Assembly (NCBI GenBank): GCA_963667725.2
Contig: CAXXHO010000003.1
Location: forward strand, 1,120,001 to 1,184,000
From: Treponemataceae bacterium
GTDB lineage: Bacteria; Spirochaetota; Spirochaetia; Treponematales; Rectinemataceae
Direction: 5' to 3'
DNA: 64,000 bases
Shown: piece by piece, positions 8,300 through 17,578 of the stretch
Layout of the letters: every line of letters begins with the position of its first letter
Numbering within the stretch: the stretch's first letter is position 1
Position numbers and translations under genes: made by a program
Notes under the pieces: generated by a model
Seen by the model: only the letters and a program-made list of their open reading frames with translations
What the model was told of the DNA's origin: nothing
The model's database searches: none

Positions 8300-11098
8300 A
8301 TGAATCCTCATGATTTGCCCGTATACCAGCAGAAGGACAAGATCCTCGACGCGCTCAAGGAAAACCAGGTGATCGTCGTAGAGAGCCCCACCGGCTCAGG
8401 CAAGACGACACAGCTCCCCATAATACTGAACGAAGCCGGCTATGCCGACCACGGTCTCATAGGCGTGACCCAGCCCAGGCGCATCGCCGTGCTTTCGGTG
8501 AGCGATTTCATCGGCCGCCAGCTGGGTGACATAAAGCCTGGCATCGTGGGCTACAAGATGCGTTTCGAGGATGTCACTACCTCCTCGACGAAGATAAAGG
8601 TCATGACCGACGGCATTCTGCTCCAGGAAATGAAGCTCGATCCCTATCTCTCCAAATACGATGTGCTGATGGTGGACGAAGCCCACGAGCGCAGCCTCAA
8701 CATAGATTTCATCCTAGGGCTGCTGAAGAAGGTCCTGGAAGTCAGGCCTACGTTCAAGGTCATCGTTTCGTCCGCGACGATCAACGCCGAGGTGTTTTCG
8801 CAGTATTTCGGCGAGTGCCCCGTGGTCAAGATCGAGACGCAGACCTATCCCGTCACCCTGATCTACGACCCAATAGCCGAGCCGCCCGTTCAGGCTGAGG
8901 AAAGGTTCCGCGACTCTTTTTCGCGCGGACACGGCGGCAGGGACGGCCGCGATGGCCGTGACGGCGGAAGAAGGGACGGAAGGGACAGCCGGGGCGGCAG
9001 GGACAGCTCAGCGGGGAATCCAGGAGGTTCCGGCGCGCCCGCTTCGCCGCTTCGCTATAGCGATGAAGCGCTTTACGACAAGATCCTCTCCATTGTGACC
9101 CGCTCCCTCGAACAGAGGGAGGAAGGCGAGGCCGGAGACATGCTGATTTTCCTTCCGGGGGAGAAAACGATAAAGGAATGCGCCATGCGCATCGCGGGCA
9201 TTCCCCTCGCGTCCAAAATACACATCGTTCCCCTCTACGCGCGTCTGGGCAAGGACGAACAGGGAAAGGTCTTCGATCCAGCCCCCGAAGGCAAGACGAA
9301 GATCGTTATAGCGACCAATATCGCCGAAACCAGCGTCACGATAGACGGAATCACGGTCGTGATCGACTCGGGGCTCGCTAAGCTCAACTACTACAATCCG
9401 CGGACCTTCACGTCCAGCCTCATCGAGACGCCCATATCCAAAGCCTCCTGCAACCAGAGAAAGGGAAGGGCGGGGCGCACGAGGCCGGGCATATGCTACC
9501 GACTCTATCCCAGGAAGGAATTCGAGAACCGTCCGCTTTTCACGACGGAAGAGATATACCGGACCGACCTTTCGGAAGTCGTCCTCAGAATGGCCGAACT
9601 CGGAATTTCTGACTTCGCGAGTTTCGACTTCATCTCCAAGCCGCCCAAAAGCGGCATAGCCGGCGCCATAGACGTCCTCAACCTCCTAGATTCCCTCTCA
9701 GACGACCAAACCCTCTCCAAGATCGGCGAGATGATGTGCGCTTTCCCCCTCCTGCCCAGGCTTTCGCGCATGATCGTCGAATCCATAATGCATTATCCCG
9801 ACGTGATCCACGAAACCCTCGTGGCTTCGGCCTTCCTCTCCACGATGAGCCCCTATATCCTGCCGCCGGGCGAGGAAATGGAGGCCAGGAAGGCTCACCA
9901 CGCGTTCAGGGATCCCATGGGCGACTTCGTCTCATACCTACGCATATTCGACGCCTTCCAGGCCGCTCCCGACAAGACTCGTTTCTGCGAGAAGAACTAC
10001 CTGGACGAACGCACGATGCGCGAGATTGTCCGCATCAGGGAACAGCTCGAGATCATCGTGTCGGATATGGGCGTCCCCATCCTGCGGGGCGGATCGCTCT
10101 ACGACTATCTCTGCGCCGTCTCCAGGGGACTCATTCAGTTTGTCTGCGCGCGACAGGAACGCGGACTTTTCCGTTCTCTTACCGCCGAAAAGATTTCAAT
10201 CCACCCGGGCTCGGTCATGTTCCGGGAAAATCCCGACTTTATCGTCGCCGGCGAAATCGTGAGGACGACGCGCATGTACGCCATGTCCGTCTCTCCGCTT
10301 CCGCGCGACATACTCTCCAAGATTTCGCCCATAGTGGCCGAAAGGCTCCTCTCCATCGTCGACAGCCGAAAGGAAGAGGCGGTGGACGCCGGCAGGAAGG
10401 ATCGCGCCAAGCGCAGGCAGGCCGCCGAGGGCGAAGGCAGAAGCGAACCCCGCGATTTTACCGACAAGATCAAGCTCGGGGGACAGGTCTTCGACCTGGA
10501 AAAAACCTCCGGCAAGAAAAAAATGGCCATTCTGCCCTGGGAGACCTTCAAGATTGCGAGGGAAAATATCGACAGGGACGCCGGATCCGCCTACAAGGGG
10601 CTCCTGGGGACGGTGCGCTACAAGGGGTACCACCTTCTCGAGGGCGAAAAGCTGGAAACGATCATCAGAATTCAGGATTGGCTCGACCTGGAGAAAGATC
10701 TGGGCAGGAACTGGCCTCGAAGCGCGAATTTCGAGATTCAGCGCGGAGAAAAGGCGGAATCGACGGAAGGAGCCTTGGCGGCTTCCGCCGACGCCACTGG
10801 AACAGCGGCGCCATCCTTCAGTCATGAAAACCTCGAGAAGCTCGTCGACAATCTGGATCACGTGCTACAGGTCGCCATGCCCAAAGGCAAGGACAAGCGG
10901 CTCGGTTTCGTCACCCTCTATACCGACGGCGCCGGCGTCTTCTGGTTCAGGGTCTCGAAGGGCTTCCATACGGCCTTGAACGAGAGCATCTCGAGCCTGG
11001 AAAACCTGGCCGACGTGACCGCCGACGACAGTGTTTCCGCGGCGATGAAGGAAAAAATCGGTCTGCTCTACAGGAAACTGAGCGCCTTCTTCGAATAA
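8300..11098 (+). CDS. hrpA: HrpA-like DEAH-box ATP-dependent RNA helicase
   Basis: SPTGSGKTTQ, TQPRRIA, DEAHERS, SAT, ATNIAETSVT, QRKGRAGR. Confidence 0.92.
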   Translation: MNPHDLPVYQQKDKILDALKENQVIVVESPTGSGKTTQLPIILNEAGYADHGLIGVTQPRRIAVLSVSDFIGRQLGDIKPGIVGYKMRFEDVTTSSTKIKVMTDGILLQEMKLDPYLSKYDVLMVDEAHERSLNIDFILGLLKKVLEVRPTFKVIVSSATINAEVFSQYFGECPVVKIETQTYPVTLIYDPIAEPPVQAEERFRDSFSRGHGGRDGRDGRDGGRRDGRDSRGGRDSSAGNPGGSGAPASPLRYSDEALYDKILSIVTRSLEQREEGEAGDMLIFLPGEKTIKECAMRIAGIPLASKIHIVPLYARLGKDEQGKVFDPAPEGKTKIVIATNIAETSVTIDGITVVIDSGLAKLNYYNPRTFTSSLIETPISKASCNQRKGRAGRTRPGICYRLYPRKEFENRPLFTTEEIYRTDLSEVVLRMAELGISDFASFDFISKPPKSGIAGAIDVLNLLDSLSDDQTLSKIGEMMCAFPLLPRLSRMIVESIMHYPDVIHETLVASAFLSTMSPYILPPGEEMEARKAHHAFRDPMGDFVSYLRIFDAFQAAPDKTRFCEKNYLDERTMREIVRIREQLEIIVSDMGVPILRGGSLYDYLCAVSRGLIQFVCARQERGLFRSLTAEKISIHPGSVMFRENPDFIVAGEIVRTTRMYAMSVSPLPRDILSKISPIVAERLLSIVDSRKEEAVDAGRKDRAKRRQAAEGEGRSEPRDFTDKIKLGGQVFDLEKTSGKKKMAILPWETFKIARENIDRDAGSAYKGLLGTVRYKGYHLLEGEKLETIIRIQDWLDLEKDLGRNWPRSANFEIQRGEKAESTEGALAASADATGTAAPSFSHENLEKLVDNLDHVLQVAMPKGKDKRLGFVTLYTDGAGVFWFRVSKGFHTALNESISSLENLADVTADDSVSAAMKEKIGLLYRKLSAFFE

Positions 11099-11100
11099 AC

Positions 11101-11175
11101 CAAACCGTCGGGCGGCGCCAGCTTTGGCGCCGCTTATTCTTACGCCGCCGCCTTGTCCGCCGCCCGCTCGGTTTG
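11101..11175. terminator. GC-rich hairpin between convergent hrpA and trmB
   Basis: gcggcgcca-gctt-tggcgccgc (11112-11133), with an alternative outer pairing of 11101-11117 to 11158-11175. Confidence 0.55.
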
Positions 11176-11180
11176 CCGCC

Positions 11181-11888
11181 TTACGACTTTCCCGTCTTCA
11201 GAAAATACAGCTCAAAAGCCTGACGGCTGGCCATCTTGGCCTTAGCCTCGAATTTCGTCTCAGGCCGCCATTCTATTTTAGGCGCGAATCCCTCGAATTT
11301 GTTGGCGACTCCGGCGCAGGAAGAGAGCAGTTCGAGCGTCGATTGACCGTACTCCTCGATATCGGTGACGAAATAGAGGTATCCCCCGGTCTTGAGGCGC
11401 GAGATCATGAGGTCGACAATCGGCTGGCGCATGAGCCTGCGCTTGTGATGACGTTTCTTGGGCCAGGGATCGGGATAGAAAACATGCAGGCCGGCCAGGC
11501 TATCCGCAGATACCATGTTCGCCAGGACCTCGACGGCGTCGTGCTGTATTATCTTCAGATTCTCCAGCTTATTCCCGCGAATTTCCATGATGAGCCTGCC
11601 GACTCCCGGACTGTGCACCTCGACGCCTAAGTAATTGAAATCGTTGCGGTCCTTGGCTATCTGCCATGTAGCCTGGCCCATGCCGAAACCGATCTCCATC
11701 ACGAGAGGCTGGGGCAGGGGAAAGAGTCCGGGAAGGTCGACGGGATGGCTGTCGTAGGGGAGGATGTACTCGGGACCAAACTCATCGATCGCCTGCCGCT
11801 GCGCGTCCGTCATTCTTCCGGATCGCAGGACGTAGGTTCTGATGAGGCCGGATACATTCTCCCTCAAGTTTTCCGGCTGATCGGTCAT
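11181..11888 (-). CDS. trmB: tRNA (guanine-N7)-methyltransferase
   Basis: EIGFGMG, GVEV, FYPDPWPKKRHHKRRL, TD..EY, TKFE. Confidence 0.95.
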   Translation of the reverse strand: MTDQPENLRENVSGLIRTYVLRSGRMTDAQRQAIDEFGPEYILPYDSHPVDLPGLFPLPQPLVMEIGFGMGQATWQIAKDRNDFNYLGVEVHSPGVGRLIMEIRGNKLENLKIIQHDAVEVLANMVSADSLAGLHVFYPDPWPKKRHHKRRLMRQPIVDLMISRLKTGGYLYFVTDIEEYGQSTLELLSSCAGVANKFEGFAPKIEWRPETKFEAKAKMASRQAFELYFLKTGKS

Positions 11889-13204
11889 TCCTTGGCACCG
11901 CCCAGGAAAACGGCCAGCTCGTTGAAGTCGGTGAAGGCGATCGTCGATCTTTTCACGAGGTCGCGGAGCGGAAACTGCCCCTCGGCGAGACTCGATTCAT
12001 CCAGGAGAAGGGCATAGGGAACGCCTTTCTTTTCAGCGTAGCCATATTGGGCGATCAGCTTTTTCGGTTCCGGGTAGACTTCAGCCGAAATGCCCCTGGC
12101 GCGAAGCCGCGAGGCCAAGGCATGCAGGCTTTTGAGATTGGCATCTCCCTGATTGGCCAGGAGAACCTTGGGATCGCTCGTGCCCGCCACCGATTTGCCC
12201 ATGGCGTCCAGGGCCGCGAGAAGTCGGTCGAGTCCGACGGAAGCGCCTACGCCGGGCAGCTGCTTTGTCGTGTAAAGACCGGCGAGCTCGTTGTAGCGCC
12301 CGCCCGAGCAGATGGAGCCGATCTTGGGCAGATCTTTCAGGAAAGTCTCGAAAACCACCCCGGTATAGTAGTCGAGGCCTCTTGTTATGCTCGGGTCCAG
12401 ATAGATTGAATCCGAAAATCCGGCGAACTGTGCTATTTCGTATACATCTGAAAGTCGATTGCGCGCCGCGATAGCTTCCTCGTCGTCGGATTTGCAGAAT
12501 CCGAACATTTTATCGAGGGTTTTCGTGAAGCTGTCTTCGGGCTCTATGAAGTTCAGGATGCCGGATGCCATGGCCGCGCCCACTTCGGCCGACAGGAGGG
12601 CAAAGGTTTCGTCCTTGCCGATTTTTTCAAGCTTGTCCACGGTGCGCAGTATGAATACCGATTTGTCGGCGCAGCCGGCGGCGGCCAGGAAGCGGTTGAA
12701 AAGCCCCCTGTGGTTGATCCTAATCCGCACTGGACCCACTTCCAGGGATTTCATCGCGTTGGCTATCACGAGGACTATGTCGGCATCGGCCGACGCGGAA
12801 TCCGTGCCTACGATGTCGAAGTCGCACTGCATGAACTCCCTGTAGCGCCCTCGCTGGGTGTTTTCGCCTCTCCAGACCTTGGCGATGTGGAAACGCCGGA
12901 AGGGAAGGTAGAGCTCCTCCACGTGTTCGGCCATGAACCTGGCGAAGGGAATGGTCAGGTCGAAACGGAGGGCGACATCGCGGCCGCCATTATCGTTGAA
13001 ACGGTAGACCTGCTTGTCCGTTTCCCCGCCGCCCTTGCCGAGGAGAATTTCGGAATACTCGAGGGCAGGCGTATCGATCGGCACAAAACCATAGGATTGG
13101 AATGTTTTTTCCAGTTTCTTGACGAGGGAAGCGCGGGCGCGCTCGGCGTCCGGAAGATAGTCCCGGAATCCTTTAAGGACTCGCGGCTCGATTATGTCAG
13201 ACAT
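11885..13204 (-). CDS. hisS: Histidine--tRNA ligase
   Basis: LRFDLT, WRGENTQRGRYREFMQCDFD, RGLDYYTG, SGGRY. Confidence 0.96.
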   Translation of the reverse strand: MSDIIEPRVLKGFRDYLPDAERARASLVKKLEKTFQSYGFVPIDTPALEYSEILLGKGGGETDKQVYRFNDNGGRDVALRFDLTIPFARFMAEHVEELYLPFRRFHIAKVWRGENTQRGRYREFMQCDFDIVGTDSASADADIVLVIANAMKSLEVGPVRIRINHRGLFNRFLAAAGCADKSVFILRTVDKLEKIGKDETFALLSAEVGAAMASGILNFIEPEDSFTKTLDKMFGFCKSDDEEAIAARNRLSDVYEIAQFAGFSDSIYLDPSITRGLDYYTGVVFETFLKDLPKIGSICSGGRYNELAGLYTTKQLPGVGASVGLDRLLAALDAMGKSVAGTSDPKVLLANQGDANLKSLHALASRLRARGISAEVYPEPKKLIAQYGYAEKKGVPYALLLDESSLAEGQFPLRDLVKRSTIAFTDFNELAVFLGGAKE

Positions 13205-13232
13205 TTTTCCTCCACTGAAAATTCAGGGCCCA

Positions 13233-13261
13233 ATTATGGGAAATTCCTGGAGCAATTGCAA
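13233..13261 (-). promoter_or_regulatory. Sigma70-type promoter for hisS-trmB
   Basis: Minus strand TTGCAA (13261-13256) - 17 nt - CATAAT (13238-13233). Confidence 0.6.
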
Positions 13262-13264
13262 GTA

Positions 13265-13294
13265 TTGCATAAGAATGACTAAACATGCTATAAA
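13265..13294 (+). promoter_or_regulatory. Sigma70-type promoter for the rpsF operon
   Basis: TTGCAT (13265-13270) - 18 nt - TATAAA (13289-13294) with an extended -10 TG; back-to-back with the hisS -35. Confidence 0.55.
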
Positions 13295-13311
13295 AATGTT
13301 CCCTCTTTATC

Positions 13312-13380
13312 CAATCCGACCCATCGGGCCGCGGTTGAATCAAGTGCTCTCCGTATGGAGGGTAAGGTCCACAAGGAGGA
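13312..13380 (+). promoter_or_regulatory. Candidate S6:S18-binding autoregulatory leader of rpsF
   Basis: caatcc..ccc-atc-ggg-CCGC-ggttg hairpin with an unpaired CCG on the 3' side, then a ctcc-gtat-ggag hairpin and the AGGAGG RBS. Confidence 0.45.
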
Positions 13381-13384
13381 AAGA

Positions 13385-13666
13385 ATGAGACCATATGAGA
13401 TTGTCGTAGTCCTGCCTTCGGAAGAAGAAGCGTTCCGCAAAGGCAAGGAAGCCGTGGCGATTGATCTGGCGCAGATCAATGCAGCCGACATCAAGGAAGA
13501 GGATATGGGAGACCGTATTCTGGCCTATTCCATCAAAAAGAAAGACCGCGGACATTACATCCTGTACCGCGCGAATCTCGACCCGCAGAGCGTCATTCCC
13601 CTGGAGAGATCATTCAAGCTCAACACCAGCGTTCTGAAGTATCTTTTGGTCAAAGTCGAAGCTTAA
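13385..13666 (+). CDS. rpsF: 30S ribosomal protein S6
   Basis: MRPYEIVVV...MGDRILAYSIKK...G.Y; AGGAGG RBS. Confidence 0.95.
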   Translation: MRPYEIVVVLPSEEEAFRKGKEAVAIDLAQINAADIKEEDMGDRILAYSIKKKDRGHYILYRANLDPQSVIPLERSFKLNTSVLKYLLVKVEA

Positions 13667-13681
13667 GTCGGGGAGGCCTAT

Positions 13682-14143
13682 ATGCGCGACATAAATGTCG
13701 TGGTTCTGGTGGGAAGACTCACGAGGGATTCCGAACTCAAATACACGAAATCGGGAATGCCGATCGCGCGCTTTTCCATAGCGGTCAACCGCTCGAGGAA
13801 ACAGGGCGAGGAATGGGTCGACGAGACCAGCTTCTTCGAGATCGATTTTTGGGGCAAGGGAGCCGAAGCGGTGAATCGCTACCTGACAAAAGGCCAGCAA
13901 GTCGGCGTCGAGGGGGAACTGAGGCAGGATCGCTGGGAGCAGGACGGGCAGCCGCGCAACAAGGTTGTCGTCAACGCCAGCAATGTCCGGCTTCTCGGAA
14001 ACGCCCCGTCGGGGCAGGGAAACGGCGGCTACCAGAAACCGCAGCAGAAGGCGGCGCCCTATGAGGGCGGAGCCGAGCAGCCAGCGGGGGGGAGCCAGAC
14101 CGCGCCCGCCGTCGATACCTTTGACGATGATATTCCTTTCTGA
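13682..14143 (+). CDS. ssb: Single-stranded DNA-binding protein
   Basis: [15 protein letters not shown] fold; C-terminal DDDIPF. Confidence 0.97.
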   Translation: MRDINVVVLVGRLTRDSELKYTKSGMPIARFSIAVNRSRKQGEEWVDETSFFEIDFWGKGAEAVNRYLTKGQQVGVEGELRQDRWEQDGQPRNKVVVNASNVRLLGNAPSGQGNGGYQKPQQKAAPYEGGAEQPAGGSQTAPAVDTFDDDIPF

Positions 14144-14169
14144 TACGAAGCTATAATAGGAGAAATGCA

Positions 14170-14478
14170 ATGTCAGATATGAAAGATGATGTAAGGGGCG
14201 GTCGTTCCGACGATCAGGGCGATAACCGCAGGGATGACGATCGTTCGAGCGGTCCGCGCAAGGGCAAGGGATTCTTCAAGAAGAAGGTCTGCAAGTTCTG
14301 CACCCAGAAAGCCCATATCGATTACAAAGACTCGGATACCTTGAGGCGCTATACGACGGAGCGCGGGAAGATCCTGCCTCGCCGCATCACCGGTACCTGT
14401 TCGAAGCATCAGCGCGCGCTCGCCGTCAACATAAAGCGGGCGAGAGCCTTGGCGCTTCTTCCCTACGTCGTGAAATAA
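14170..14478 (+). CDS. rpsR: 30S ribosomal protein S18 (Zn-binding form, N-terminal extension)
   Basis: CKFC...IDYKD...[17 protein letters not shown]...IKRAR. Confidence 0.97.
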   Translation: MSDMKDDVRGGRSDDQGDNRRDDDRSSGPRKGKGFFKKKVCKFCTQKAHIDYKDSDTLRRYTTERGKILPRRITGTCSKHQRALAVNIKRARALALLPYVVK

Positions 14479-14493
14479 GCCCGGAGATCAGAT

Positions 14494-15480
14494 GTGAACG
14501 GACGCGCTTTGCTGACCAGGAACAGGGAGCTGCTGCTTGACGCCTCGGCGGGATTACTGTCGGGCTTCATCTACCTCTCCTATGTTCTCTCATTCGCTTT
14601 TCTCATACCGGTGCAGCATGCGTTTGCCGGCAGAGGAAGGAAATCTGGTCTCATAGCCGCGGCTTTTTCGTTTCTCGCCATAGCGATCGGACAGATCGCC
14701 AGAATGCTTGAAATAAAAACGCTCGACCCGCTGGTCATTATCGCGGGCGTCCTTCCTCCTCTCCTGCTTCTTGCCGCCATCTGGTTTGTCAACGCGCAGA
14801 TAGGAAAAACGGGAGCGGGCGGTAAAATCCTTATCGCCGTCCTCATCCTGTCGGCCATTGCCGCGCCATTCGTGATAAAAGCCACATCAGACAAGAGTTT
14901 TTCGGCCTGGATGATAGAGTATATCGGTTCAGCCATGAAATCCTCCGGTCTGGAAGGAGACGGCGAGGCCTATGCGCGCGCCGCCGTGAACGCCGCGATC
15001 GCCGTCATACAGTCGGGATTCGCGGCCATCATCCTGTGGATTCTCGCGGGAAGCTGGTGGCTTGGATCTTACATTGCCGCACGCGCAGCCATTCGTCAGA
15101 AAACCGCCGATGAGAGCGTCTTCGCTTCCATCAGGCTCTCTCGTTTGCGCGTTCCTTCCTTGGCGCTCTGGCCGACGCTGCTGTCCTGGGTACTGCTTTT
15201 CGCCGTACTCATAACGAAGCAGACCGGCCTCGTGTCCGCCCTGGTCTGGAACATCTCGCTGTGCCTGGCATCTCTCTACGCCATGCAGGGGATCGGAATC
15301 ATCTCGCATCTTTCGCGGCAGTTCAACGCGACCCGTATCGTGCGCTTGCTGGCGCCGCTCGCCGTAATGGCGATCGCGCTGAGCAACACCGCGGGCGCTA
15401 TCATATTTATTACGTTGCCCATATTGGGCATTACCGAGGTATGGCTTCCATACCGCAACGTAAAAGGAGCCTTGAAATGA
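14494..15480 (+). CDS. YybS/DUF2232-like membrane protein
   Basis: Multi-TM protein between rpsR and rplI; YAMQGIGI motif. Confidence 0.7.
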   Translation: MNGRALLTRNRELLLDASAGLLSGFIYLSYVLSFAFLIPVQHAFAGRGRKSGLIAAAFSFLAIAIGQIARMLEIKTLDPLVIIAGVLPPLLLLAAIWFVNAQIGKTGAGGKILIAVLILSAIAAPFVIKATSDKSFSAWMIEYIGSAMKSSGLEGDGEAYARAAVNAAIAVIQSGFAAIILWILAGSWWLGSYIAARAAIRQKTADESVFASIRLSRLRVPSLALWPTLLSWVLLFAVLITKQTGLVSALVWNISLCLASLYAMQGIGIISHLSRQFNATRIVRLLAPLAVMAIALSNTAGAIIFITLPILGITEVWLPYRNVKGALK

Positions 15481-16064
15481 AAATTATCCTGAACCAAGAC
15501 GTCCCGAACTTAGGCGAGATTGGCGATGTCAAGGATGTTGCGCCTGGTTACGCGAGAAACTACCTGCTTCCACGCGGTCTGGCTTCCGTGTACAACACCA
15601 AGACCGTAGCTCTATTCGCGAAGAAGAAGAACGAAATCGACGCCATCAAGGAAGCCAAGAGGCTTTCATCCACCTCGCTCAAGGAAAAGCTTGAAGCCGA
15701 GGAAATTTCCATCGCCATGCCCGCGGGCGCGAACGGCAAGCTCTATGGCGCCGTGAACAACGCTATGGTGGCCGACGAGCTTCTCAAGAAAGGAATCGAA
15801 ATCGACCGCAAGAAGATCGAAGTTCCCGGAAGGGCGATCAAGAGCGTGGGCAACTACAAAGTGATCGTTCGCCTTTATGAGAAGGAAGAAGCTGTGGTCA
15901 AGCTTTCCATCACCGGCCAGGAAGTCAAGGCCGAGAAGACGGAAGACAGCGACCAGCCCAAGAAGCAGCGCGTGCGGAGAGTCAGGGCCGAAGCGGCCGA
16001 ACCCGTCACCGATGAGGAACAGGCTGCCGCTTTCGAAGCCGCTATCAACGCCGGACAGATGTAA
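15477..16064 (+). CDS. rplI: 50S ribosomal protein L9
   Basis: MKIILNQDVPNLG..GDVKDVAPGYARNYLLP; ATG at 15477 overlaps the upstream stop. Confidence 0.96.
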   Translation: MKIILNQDVPNLGEIGDVKDVAPGYARNYLLPRGLASVYNTKTVALFAKKKNEIDAIKEAKRLSSTSLKEKLEAEEISIAMPAGANGKLYGAVNNAMVADELLKKGIEIDRKKIEVPGRAIKSVGNYKVIVRLYEKEEAVVKLSITGQEVKAEKTEDSDQPKKQRVRRVRAEAAEPVTDEEQAAAFEAAINAGQM

Positions 16065-16232
16065 ACGGATGTAAACGGCCCTGCGCCGCTGGATTTTGAT
16101 ACTATGGGGCGCGGGAGTCCGACTCGCGCGCCTTATGGGGCATCTTGTACCTCGGATTCTTAAAAAGATTCCGGATACTCGATGCCTTTTTTTTAGTTCT
16201 ATCGTATAATTCGGATTCGAAAGGGGTAGCCG

Positions 16233-17573
16233 ATGACGCCTGTTTCCCTGAAAGACAAGATACCGCCCAACAACCAGGAAGCCGAGCAGGCCTGCCTGGG
16301 CGCCCTGCTTCTCGATCCGGACGCGCTCGGCGTTGTCTTGCGCTATATCCGCGCCGACGACTTCTACCTCAGCACCCATGCCGAGATTTATTCCGCGATC
16401 ATAGCGCTCCATGAAAAAGGGCAGAAAGCCGATCTCATCACCCTCACCGAGGAGATGAAGCAGGCCGGCAGCCTGGATAAAGCCGGGGGGCCGGGCTATA
16501 TCGCCAACCTCACGTCGATGACGCCTTCGGCCGCCAACGTCGAATACTACGCGCAGATAATCCAGGAGATGTCGACCCGCAGAAACCTCATCCGCCTGTC
16601 TTCCCTCGTCACCTCGCTGGCCTATGACGATACCACAGAAACAGGCCCCATCCTTGACGAGATACAGTCCAAGATTTTCGAGATTACGCAGAACAGGCGC
16701 ACCGCCTCGTATCATTCCATAAAGGACCTGATCCCAGAGCTCATTACTGTCATAGAGCAGCTGAGCAACAATCCCAACGCCTTCACGGGAATTCCTTCCG
16801 GCCTCACCGACCTGGACGCCATGACCTCGGGATTCCAGAACTCGGAATTCATCGTCATCGGCGCGCGCCCTTCGGTGGGAAAAACGGCCCTGGCCCTCAC
16901 GATAGCCAGCCATATCGCCATAAACTGCAAGATTCCTGCCGCCTTCTTCTCGCTGGAAATGTCGGAACACGCCCTCATGAACAGGATAATATCGTCAGAG
17001 GCCCAGGTTCCCGGCGAACGCATAAGGACGGGAAGGCTGAGAAGCTCGGACCTGAACGATCTGATGGATGCCGCGGGGAGAATCTACGAAGCCCCGCTCT
17101 ATATCGTCGACATGCCCAACATGAAGTTGCTCGAGCTTCGCACGATGGCGCGGCGCCTCGTGCTCGAGCGCTCCGTCAAGATAATATTCGTGGATTATAT
17201 TACGCTGATAACGCACGAGAACGCCGAACTGCCGCGCTGGGAACAGATATCCGCGATATCGAGATCGCTGAAATCGCTGGCGCGCGAACTGGACATTCCC
17301 ATCGTCGCCCTGTCCCAGCTGAAGCGCGAGGCCGAGGGAAAGCAGCCGAACCTTTCGGACGTGCGTGAGTCGGGCTCCATCGAGCAGGATGCCGACCTCA
17401 TACTTTTCCTTCACAGGGACCGGGAAATCAACAAGACGGCGGATCAGCGTTCGGAACAGATAGAAACCGAGCTGATCGTGGCCAAGCAGAGAAACGGACC
17501 CATCGGCAAGGCGAATGTCTGGTTCAAACCGGCCTTCGCTAAATTCGTCAACATGGAAAAGCACGGCCGCTGA
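16233..17573 (+). CDS. dnaB: Replicative DNA helicase
   Basis: GARPSVGKT, FFSLEM, IFVDY, ALSQL, RESGSIEQDAD, AKQRNGP. Confidence 0.97.
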   Translation: MTPVSLKDKIPPNNQEAEQACLGALLLDPDALGVVLRYIRADDFYLSTHAEIYSAIIALHEKGQKADLITLTEEMKQAGSLDKAGGPGYIANLTSMTPSAANVEYYAQIIQEMSTRRNLIRLSSLVTSLAYDDTTETGPILDEIQSKIFEITQNRRTASYHSIKDLIPELITVIEQLSNNPNAFTGIPSGLTDLDAMTSGFQNSEFIVIGARPSVGKTALALTIASHIAINCKIPAAFFSLEMSEHALMNRIISSEAQVPGERIRTGRLRSSDLNDLMDAAGRIYEAPLYIVDMPNMKLLELRTMARRLVLERSVKIIFVDYITLITHENAELPRWEQISAISRSLKSLARELDIPIVALSQLKREAEGKQPNLSDVRESGSIEQDADLILFLHRDREINKTADQRSEQIETELIVAKQRNGPIGKANVWFKPAFAKFVNMEKHGR

Positions 17574-17578
17574 GTCTG

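Noticed and set aside
8930..9010. Possible CRISPR or VNTR repeat
   Set aside because: In-frame degenerate 9-nt coding repeats with no spacers and no cas genes
9736..10827. 363-aa Arg-rich same-strand alternative-frame ORF inside hrpA
   Set aside because: Composition typical of an off-frame read of GC3-rich coding DNA
15666..16970. 434-aa antisense ORF spanning rplI and dnaB
   Set aside because: Overlaps two essential genes; no recognisable domain
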